Under the pieces are notes generated by a model that saw only the letters and a program-made list of their open reading frames with translations, did not search any database and was not told where the DNA came from. Shown here in pieces: positions 24,874 through 34,076 of a stretch of DNA of 34,076 nt. A program made the translations under genes and the position numbers. The stretch is from Toensbergia leucococca (Eukaryota), in contig JALDZS010000016.1 in NCBI GenBank assembly GCA_022813965.1, positions 186,001 to 220,076 on the forward strand, read 5' to 3'. Position 1 is the stretch's first letter. Each line of letters opens with the position of its first letter.

Positions 24874-25003
24874 AGCGTGCATGACTGCGAGCCAGCTTTT
24901 GCCATCCTCACCTGCGAGGTCCCTGATTTACCGAGGAACATTACTATCATATAATAAGACTTGGATACATCTTTTTCTTTTTGTGAGCAACTATCCTTTG
25001 TTA

Positions 25004-25866
25004 ATGCCTGCATCGACTGTCGAGGATATGGCTTTAGAAAACAACGCGAAGCCCATGGCATCAATGTCCCAGAAAATCTCCTTTGACGGTACGCAGATGA
25101 TTATTATTGTTTCATTGCTTCCACCATTTCACTATTCCATCACATGATTGCTGCTCGGACATTTGCACTGTAGAATGCTCTAATGCTCTGATATGCGCAG
25201 ATTACCTGTCGCTCAGCGAGATCACCTTCGAATGGGGCGACAGCTACGATACTAAAGACTGGAACCGTCTTCGAGCAATCCTCGCTCCCACACTCAGGGT
25301 AAGACAGTTCTTTGACCTGCAAGGCGACTTCCTCCGCCTTGGCTCTTACTGAATGTCTTCTCATGATTTAGGTCGACTACAGCGAAGTCAATGGCCACAA
25401 ATGGGATAGTATGCCCTCGGAAGAGTTCGTTGGCATCATGAGCCACAAGGGTTTCGTCGGTGACCCACTCGTCCACACCCAGCATCACATCGGAGCATCA
25501 AAATGGGTCAAAATCTCCGAAGACGAAGTGCACGGGTATCACCAGCTGCGAGCGGCTCATCAACGCTACACGGCCGCCGATCACAAGACAGTGGAAAACA
25601 AGGGACACGGGCATGCTATGATTCAACATTGGTACAAGAAAGTGGATGGGGAGTGGAAGTTTGCAGGATTGAGGCCTTCGGTCCGTTGGAACGAATTCGA
25701 ATTCGAGAAGATATTCACTGGTCTTCCTCCAATCGAGGCAAAAGAGACGGAAGTTCCGGCGGTTGCAACCCCAGCGGAAAACAGTACCTTGGTCGAGCCA
25801 AAAGGAAAGGAGGCTTCGGTGGCTGTGACACCAATTGAAAACGGGACTGTGATGGCCTCTGCCTGA
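25004..25866 (+). CDS. arp1: Scytalone dehydratase-like protein. Start uncertain (in-frame ATGs at 25004, 25028, 25055, 25064); exons to 25088, 25201-25298, 25372-25866
   Basis: Spliced [40 protein letters not shown]...[12 protein letters not shown]...[12 protein letters not shown]...[29 protein letters not shown] shows the scytalone dehydratase family motifs. Confidence 0.93.
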
Positions 25867-26334
25867 GTCATCCCTTGAATTTCTGCCTCGAGATTTGTAC
25901 CGGATTGAATATTCTAATTCTCTTGGTATCGGAATAATGTAAGGCTAGATAGCCGTTAATATTGAAGCTATTGTATCGTAATTCTATCCCTGATTGCCTT
26001 ATGCACTGTGATTGAGGATTCCGACATTCCGAGCCAATATGTTGTTTTCGCGGGGGTTGGGGAGAATTTGAAGAGGGGGATGCAGTGGTGTCGGAGGCCT
26101 TGAGAGTTTAAAAGTTGGTTTCCGCGGCAAGCGCGAGACGGACTCGGTTGGGTACCTGAATTGATTCCCCGATTCCCATGCCGATGTCGTGTATTATTGC
26201 TTGCCCTTAGTAAATACTAGTCGCTATTCATAGTTGAAATAAAGAAAAGGTAATCTTGACTTTATTATTAGTACTGTACTTCTTATTCACATTTTGCATC
26301 TGATGTTCCATACTTCGGTCGTGCCATCTGACCC

Positions 26335-26369
26335 GGAAGGAGGAAGGAGGAAGGAGGAAGGAGGAAGGA
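26335..26369. repeat. (GGAAGGA)x5 purine microsatellite; (TACC)n and (TTTCTC)n tracts follow at ~26460-26615
   Basis: Direct reading of tandem units. Confidence 0.85.
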
Positions 26370-27180
26370 CGAGGGAAGGAGTGGGGTCTGGGGGACCCTT
26401 GTCTACTTTGTCCACCTGCCTCCTGCATACATATCTGTATTCCAAAACACCGTTATCTCTACCTTACCTACCTTACCTCCTACCTACCTATCGACTTGCC
26501 TTAGCTGCCTACTACTCGTACCGAGACGTGCATCATTCACATCTGCCGAAGACTGCATAAACACGTGCAGGCCTACCTACCCTACCCTACCTTTCTCTTT
26601 CTCTTTCTCTTTCTCCGTGGCGAGTTGGCTGTCCAAATTGTCCTGCATTCCTCTTGAACCATGACTATATCCGGCGGGCCTGAAAATGCACCCACTGAAG
26701 ACTTATCACAGCATCATGACACAAACCATCAAGTCGCAACGGCAACTTCCAACTGATACAACTGGCTCTCACTAGCATCGTGTCTTGGGGCATTCGACAT
26801 GAAGCCATAACGGCTGTAGTGTAAAAATGCTTCTCGTACTATCAAAAACAATGTCAACACTGCCGAATCTATTGCCTGCTGTTGTTGCTGCTCGTACTTA
26901 ATTTCCGAATGGCTTTTTGCAATGTCTATCGAAAATGACGCAGGGACTGCCTTCCTTTAGAATCCATGCGTCTTCTTTGCCACGCATATTACTTTTCAAA
27001 CCGTCTGCCTAGCCAATATATCTCACTTCCTCAATGACAAATCCTCCAAAATTTCCGAGACGCTCTTTTTATGCATAGAATCTGCCGCGCTATGTCTTGC
27101 CGTTTGAATGTTATCTAACCGTTGCCCTGTCCAACCTCGTATAACTCACCGCCACGCATCCGAGCGAAACAATATCAGCC

Positions 27181-29010
27181 ATGTCCGATCCGAATCCTTA
27201 CCCAAAAGCAGACTTTGGGCGAAATGCAAATAATGCCGACGTTCTGATCATCGGCGCTGGCATTGCTGGTACGTCTCAATCCTTCTGTCACGGTGAAATC
27301 AAACTGGTGACTGAAAATGCATGGAACAGGCATGTGTACCGCAATTGACATGATCCGACAAAGCGGCAATCGCAACTTCATCATTGTGGAGAAGAGCAAC
27401 CAAGTTGGAGGAACGTGGAATGATAACAACTATCCTGGGTGCTGTTGCGATGGTAAATTTTTCTTGTGCATCTTTCGTACTTAATTGGCGCTCACATTGT
27501 TGGTGATAATCAAGTCTGGAGCCACCTCTACTCCCTCTCGTTTGAGCCTAATTTCAATTGGACCCGCCAATATCCCGGACAAGAAGAGATACAAGATTAT
27601 CTTATTCAAGTCGCGCACAAGTATCAACTTTATAGACATATTCGTTTCAGCACTGCCGTCGAGGAAGCTCACTGGGATGACAATTCTAATCAATGGCAGA
27701 CTACTATCAGACGCCTGGGTGGCAAGGAGGTCGAGATAGGTAACGAGTACATGATCTTATCCGATTTCCTTGTCTCGGCGGTGGGCCAGCTCAATGTCCC
27801 AAAACATTCAAATCTCAGGGGCCTTGAGGAATTCAGGGGTAAAGTGATGCATTCAGCGAGGTGGGATTGGGACTACGATTTTCGAGAGAAGAAAGTCGGC
27901 ATTGTCGGAAGCGGAGCTACTGCTGCTCAGATCATCCCTGAAATTGCCGCTTCGTGCAAGAATCTTACCGTCTTTCAACGGAGTCCAGTTTGGGTGATGC
28001 CGCGACACGATGCAACGATTGGTCCAGCCATGCAATTGATGTATCGATTTGTACCCTTTGTGCGAAGACGGTACCGAGCAGCATTGATGGATAGCCGTGA
28101 GGGTTTTTTTGACGCCAGTTACAATGCCGAATCTTCCAAACATGACTTTGTCATGGACGTCACTAAACAACATTTACTTTCTCAACTTCCTGGGGACTCC
28201 AATGCCGCTCTTCGGGAGAAGCTCAGTCCCACCTACCCGTTCGGTTGCAAAAGATGTATAGTCAGCGACGACTATTACCCTGCTTTAGCACAGGAGAATG
28301 TGACTTTGGAGACTATGCCGATAACCGGAGTATCGCCAGGTGGCGTCAATGTCAAAGGGGGGATTCACTACGACTTTGACTTAATCATTGAAGCCACTGG
28401 GTTTCTTACCACGCAATTCATGTATCCAATCAAAATCTATGGTACCAAAGGTCGTTCTCTCGAGGAGATGTGGGCTAAAGGTGCAAAGGCACATCTCGGC
28501 ATTACCGTGGATAATTTACCAAATTTCGGCATGCTCTATGGCCCCAATACCAATCTTACGTATAACAGTCTCATCCTCCCAATTGAAGCGCAGAGTAAGT
28601 ACATCAACGCCTTGATATCCTCGGTGCTCCAGGCAAAACGTCAGGGCAAATCATTGAGCATACAACCCAAGCAGCAAGTCGTCGAGGACTACAACAAAGA
28701 AGTTCAAGCCCGGTTAGCCAATTCGACGTTTGCAAATCCCAACTGTACTTCATGGTTTAAAAACGAAGCTGGACTCATCACGAATAATTGGTGTGCTTCG
28801 GCGATTGCATATCAAGAGCGAACATGCTTTGTGGATTGGACTGATTTCGACCTACGAGGAACGGCAGCCGCAGACGTTTACAAAAAAGGGAAGACGAAGT
28901 GGAAACGGGTTGTAGAGGAAACGCAGATCAGCAACGGCGCAATTGGTCTCGCGTGCCTTACAGCAATTGGAGTATCCTTGGCAGGTTATGCTTTCTATAA
29001 AAAGGCATAG
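27181..29010 (+). CDS. FAD/NADPH-dependent monooxygenase, Baeyer-Villiger (class B) type, ~568 aa. Exons 27181-27268, 27330-27452, 27515-29010
   Basis: IIGAGIAG, GGTWNDNNYPGCCCD, BVMO fingerprint FRGKVMHSARWD, second Rossmann GSGATA, ATGF, and a hydrophobic C-terminal anchor. Confidence 0.93.
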
Positions 29011-29416
29011 GAGGTCATCCACTTGAAGTCTTGGTTTCGAGCATACTGATCGAGAATGGACCAGCATTTAAATTTCTTTGATACCATAGACCCTTTGATG
29101 AGAACCTGGCCAAGCCTTATTTTACACGTTGTTTTGTGCATGCTATTTGCTTGGAATACATCAAGGAATACATATGGGTGGCTGCGAATGGGTGATGCAA
29201 TTAATGAAGGGTTAAATGTTTTATATGGAGATTGATGAAGCATTGGATGGTTTCAGGGGAGGGGAAAAATGAATAAAGAAGTCTTCAGCTCGAGGCTGCA
29301 TTCAATTTATATATTACATATCACATACATCCTCCAAGACACAAGTTCTGTAGTTCAACAAGTATGACGTGGAAAAGGTGCCCTTAGTCAGAAAATCTAC
29401 ATAGCTTCTCACATGA

Positions 29417-29763
29417 GATCGATGCTACTCCGTACGGATGACTGCTTTCTTTCCTGTTCTTAGGAAGAGATCAACTTAATGGTCGTGAAACATAGATAGA
29501 AAAGACGATCAAAGCAGAGCACAACTAATACTAGATCGATCAGGAGCTAAGCTCCCCCTCGACTGGAAGTACCTTACGGAACAGTCAGGAGTCTAGAAGA
29601 CGCGTGGGGGCCAAAAGACGGATATTCTAAGCGACATTAGGGCATTCGAGCACAGACCAGTCAATGACGCCACCTGACCACCAAAGAAGATCGGATCAGA
29701 TCTGGTGGAACAGGAGAGACATGAGACATGAGAGATGAGAGATGAGAGATGAGAGATCAGATC
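29417..29763. promoter_or_regulatory. GATC-dense upstream region of uve1, candidate light-responsive (White Collar-type) elements; includes an (ATGAGAS)n heptamer repeat at ~29714-29757
   Basis: GATC starts at 29417, 29469, 29507, 29534, 29538, 29689, 29694, 29699, 29755 and 29760: 10 in ~350 bp, against 1-2 expected at uniform composition. Confidence 0.5.
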
Positions 29764-29843
29764 TACCACTCATTTCAGCTTCCTTGTACATGCGACTGCG
29801 AGAATCGAGATATCCGTTCTTACCATTTCATACGCGTATCTGA

Positions 29844-32371
29844 ATGCTTGCGTGTGTAGCACAGGCGTGTATCGATAAGTCACCCAGAGTCGTCATTCTA
29901 CCAGCAATCTGGCTCTCCCGATACTCTTCAATCAAGCGCCCTTTGATACATCGCACGCCTCAGGTACTGCATCGTTTGCGCCAAGTCGACCCGACTAAAG
30001 CGCGTCTGGCTCTGAGAATGCCGAAAAGAAGCCGCCACTCGACTCTAGCCCAAGAGCCTGCACTTACCACCATACCCCTTCTAGTACCGCCATTCGATCA
30101 TGAAGTCGCCCCACCAACAAAACGGAGAGCTAGTCAACGCAAGGCCTCGAAACCAGCTCCGCCACCTTCCTTGACCAATCCCGATGAGAATCCCAGCATT
30201 CTCGACGGACCCCAAGCTCTGCGCGCTTCCCCAGATGCGGACGAGGAGGGCGAAAGTCTGAACGTGGGGAAACTGGGCATGAAAATCAAGAACCAGATTA
30301 AGGAGGAGGACGACGATGAGCTTCCTTCACTGACGACTGGAGGAGACTCTGATTCACCGCTATCAGAAATATCTGATGCAGATTCTTCAACACCAAATAC
30401 GAAGCTTGTGTCCACATCTAACACCTTGACGCGCAGGACGAAAGAAAAGGGGATAAATGCAGTGGCGGCGGAGCAACCCAAGAAACTGGATGCGAAACAG
30501 CAACAGTTTCTGGATCCAGAAGCCGACGGTGAGGAGGAGGCAGATGAGGAGGAAATTCAAGCTGCTTTGTCAAGGCCGCCACCTATACACAGCGATTACT
30601 TACCACTACCATGGAAGGGCCGACTAGGATATGTAAGATATAAGACATTCATTCAATCAATAGATATTAACCCATCCTAGGCATGTTTGTGTACATATTT
30701 ACGCTTTTCAAATCCTCCTGTTTTTAGCTCGAGGACATGCCGCATAGCGTCCATTCTTGAGAATCGACATCCACTAAAAGATCCAAACCAGGCACCGCAT
30801 GCAACCAAGAACAGACCAGATCGAGATCAGCCCGCCAGTAAAGAAAGAGGGCAGGCATACGTTGAAAGTCTTGGATTGGCAAACGCACGAGACATTGTGA
30901 AGATGCTGAGATGGAACGATAGATATGGCATTAGATTCTTGAGGCTTAGTAGTGAAATGTTTCCCTTTGCAAGTCATGTGGAGTATGGATACAAGCTGGC
31001 TCCGTTCGCCTCGGAAGCTTTGGCTGAGGCTGGAAAAGTTGCAGCTGAATTGGGCCATAGACTGACGACTCATCCTGGACAAGTGAGTCTCCTATCACTG
31101 TATCATCATATCATCACTGACTCTCGTTATAGTTTACACAACTTGGATCGCCTCGGAAACAAGTTATTGATAATGCTATTCGTGACCTAGAGTACCACGC
31201 AGAATTGTTGAGCCTACTAAAGATGCCTCCTCAGCAAGACCGTGACGCAGTCATGATCCTGCATCTAGGAGGTATGTTTGGTGACAAGGCAGCTACCCTC
31301 GATCGATTTCGGGAGAATTATTCAAGGCTGTCCCAAGGGGTCAAAGATCGACTAGTGCTGGAGAATGATGATATGAGCTGGTCCGTTCACGATCTCTTAC
31401 CAATTTGCGAGGAGCTTAATATACCAATGGTGCTTGACTTTCATCACAATAATATCATTTTTGATGCCGAACAAATCAGGGAGGGCAGCAAGGATATAAT
31501 GGAGCTTTTTCCGAGGATCCTAGCAACATGGAAGAGGAAGAACATTACACCCAAGATGCACTACTCAGAACCAACCCCATCTGCTATCACCAGAACCCAG
31601 CGAAGAAAGCATAACCCTCGCGTTGCCACTTTACCACCTTGCCCGCCAGATATGGATCTCATGATTGAGGCCAAGGACAAGGAGCAAGCGGTCTTTGAAT
31701 TGATGAGGACCTTTAAACTACCAGGATATGACACCTTCAATGATATGTTACCTCACGTCCGAAAGGATGATAACAAGCCCATGAAGGTTCCTACGAAGAA
31801 AACACCTAGGAAGAAGGGAAAAAATATCAAACAAGAGGACGGCGATACCGGAGCGGCCGCAGAAGCCCTTGAGAGTGAAGAGGCTGAGCTTGTGCAAGAG
31901 GTGATTTCAGATGATAATGTTGGCATGGGTGGTCCTGAGGGAAGAGTCTACTGGCCTCCTGGAATGGAGGATTGGCTAAGGCCGGTGAAGAGAGTTGTGA
32001 AGCCCAAAGAACCGGGTGAACAGGGGAAAACAACACCTGCCAAGAAACGCAAAGCCGCAGAAGAAGCTGCAAAAGCGGCAACAAAGCTTGAGGATGAGGT
32101 GCAACACGATGGTCTCGATGATATTAGTGCTGTCACACCCACACCAGCGAAGAAAGTCAAAAGCGCGGGCCCCAAAGCAGCTCAGAAGAAGAGTATCGCG
32201 ACAAAAAAGACCTCCAAAACCGTGCCCACACCCTCGGCTTCCGATGTCGAAAGTTTGGGCTTATCGTTGTCGGAGGAAGGCAGCCCTGTACGGAAGAAGA
32301 GGAGGGCCATTGTGGCACGGAAAGGCGCCCGGGCTAATAAAATAAATTATGCTGAAGTGAATGAGGAATAG
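29844..32371 (+). CDS. uve1: UV-damage endonuclease (UVDE/UvsE; Uve1/Mus-18 family). Exons 29844(or 30018)-30632, 30681-31082, 31133-32371
   Basis: LPWKGRLGY/ACLCTYLR, FSSRTCR, RFLRLSSEMFPFASH, RLTTHPGQ/FTQLGSP, HLGG, LVLENDD, VLDFHH, KMHYSE, DLMIEAKDKEQA, followed by a basic low-complexity tail. Confidence 0.97.
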
Positions 32372-32968
32372 AAGTCTTGGAGAAATTAGGGGTAGTTTTA
32401 AAAAAATGCATTGGCTATCTGATAAGATTTGTATCTGTCAACCTGAATATTTGTCTGAAATCTGTTTCTTTTTAGTTTAACCTGAGTTCACTGATTATCT
32501 CAGGTTATTAGTGTCTATTTTTCTCTGAAAGTTTGTATCTAATATTGTGTATATATAGTTGATGAGATGTTTAATTCAAGTTACTCATTCTCTTTATTCT
32601 ATTCTTGACAACCTCAGAGGAGAATAAGTCTGTTAATACTTATTATCTTGATTTGATGATGTTAAGCTCAATTTGATAAAAAATTCCATCTTTTCTTTTT
32701 CTAAAATTTATTTCATGTAAGATAACAAACTTTTGATCTCTTAAAATTGAAGAAAAAGAGAAATAAATCTTTTACATTTGATTTTGAGAAAATGCAAAAT
32801 TTGTGAGTATAAAGCATCAGCAAGAGTTTGTTTTTGAGAAGAGAATTGAATTTTATGACATTTTAAAATTTTTGTCAGATAAAATATTATCACAAAATCA
32901 CTCAATACATATACTGAGGTTCTCACATGATATTAATTTTTATACAACTCCCTCCTCTCTGAAAATCA
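32372..32968. repeat. AT-rich, CpG-free tract, probable decayed repeat relic
   Basis: I found no CG over ~600 bp, with a sharp composition change at both ends. No family could be assigned. Confidence 0.5.
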
Positions 32969-33302
32969 CGAAAATCACAAAAAAAAAATCATTGTAAAAA
33001 GAGTCACTCAACTCACCCGCCCCCCTCAAAAAAAAATCCATAAACACCAAGAACCGAAAAAATCTGCAGCCAGAAAAAAAACAAAACAACACTCCCCACG
33101 CTCCCTACCCGGGCGAGAGGCGCGTCCACAAATCCGCGCCCCATATTCATCAACAAACAAATCAAAACTCCGACTCTCACAATTCACACACATAACAGCA
33201 ACCTCACTCCCTTGCAACAACCCAACCACACCAACCCATCAAAGTTTGCCGAGGGCAAAAAAAGAACAAGCCGGCCACTCCATTCTCAAGAATTCAGTGA
33301 AA

Positions 33303-33803
33303 ATGACAACCAGCCCAGAAGAGCCGGACCTTCAAGAAGTAACAAAAATCCCCCTCCCCTCCACACACCCCCCTCATCCCACACACCCCACACCCTCTCC
33401 CCGCCTCCACCCCTCCACACACCTCCCACCCCCCCCCCAAAAAACACCCCCACCTAACACACCAAAAATCCAGCGTCTCAAATCCGCCCTCTGGCTCTCG
33501 ATCGGAAAAACAGTCGACGCCGAAACCCTCGCCCTGGACAAGAACGCAACGCCGCAATTCATCGGCGCGTTGATGGAGTTGGTGTGGGTGCTTGTTGGTT
33601 CGTTTTCTCACCCCCCCTAGGTTCATTTGGCGTCCCTTCTTCTTTTGCCCCTTTGGCCCCACACCGGGGGGGTGGGAGAGTGGGTTTGGGCTGATGGGGG
33701 GATTGGGAGAGGTGGGGATGGGGAGAGAGGGGGGGAGAGAACGAACGCTAACGTTATCGGGGGTTACAGAAACCACAAGTCGCGACGTCGAAAATTTCGC
33801 TCG
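33303..33803 (+). CDS. mhf1: MHF1 / CENP-S histone-fold protein, 3' end missing. Exons 33303-33338, 33474-33597, 33770-33803
   Basis: Spliced MTTSPEEPDLQE/RLKSALWLSIGKTVDAETLALDKNATPQFIGALMELVWVLV/ETTSRDVENFAR matches the fungal Mhf1 pattern RLKxALW..NATPQFI.AL.E.VW..DLExFA. Confidence 0.88.
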
Positions 33804-33907
33804 GTAAGTCCTCCTCTCTTTTCATCCCGCCCCCCTTCCCCCTCATCCACATCTCGCTTCCCCTTCCCTTCCCCTCCCTTCCCTTCCCTCACTTCCTCCA
33901 TCTCCTT

Positions 33908-33908
<1 letters not shown>

Positions 33909-33962
<54 letters not shown>

Positions 33963-34076
33963 ACACCCCCCCCTCATCCCACACACCCCACACCCTCTCC
34001 CCGCCTCCACCCCGCCAAACACCTCCCACCCCCCCCCAAAAAACACCCCCACCTAACACACCAAAAATCCAGCGTC
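33909..34076. repeat. ~51 nt poly-C run followed by a near-identical direct copy of ~33356-33478
   Basis: 33956-34076 repeats the 3' part of MHF1 intron 1 and its acceptor (..CACCTAACACACCAAAAATCCAGCGTC) with a few mismatches. Confidence 0.9.

Noticed and set aside
33246..33620. 124 aa Pro/His/Thr-rich ORF as the mhf1 product
   Set aside because: The Pro-rich part is an in-frame 135 nt intron (GTAACA .. CTAAC .. CAG); the spliced model fits Mhf1 better.

Overview
Intron-containing genome segment from a filamentous ascomycete (GT..AG introns with CTRAC branch points). Its core (about 5.3-29 kb) is a compact tetrahydroxynaphthalene (T4HN)/DHN-type polyketide cluster. It holds a laccase (-), a SAT-KS-AT-PT-ACP-ACP-TE non-reducing PKS (-), a divergent AflR-type Zn2Cys6 regulator (+), an Arp2/T4HN-reductase-like SDR (-) head-to-head with a scytalone dehydratase-like gene (+), and a Baeyer-Villiger-type flavin monooxygenase (+). 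Directly to the right are a UV-damage endonuclease (uve1/UVDE) with a GATC-dense promoter and a truncated MHF1/CENP-S gene. The left end holds the 5' part of a Zn-dependent butanediol-dehydrogenase-like gene, a ~560 bp fold-back (MITE-like) element and a Ser/Thr kinase with a Cys-rich tail. The fold-back element and kinase are bracketed by a second, ~115 bp inverted repeat pair. Two CpG-free AT-rich tracts look like mutationally decayed repeats, and the last ~170 bp look like a poly-C mis-join. All exon models were read by eye, and family assignments rest on recognised motifs, not database searches.
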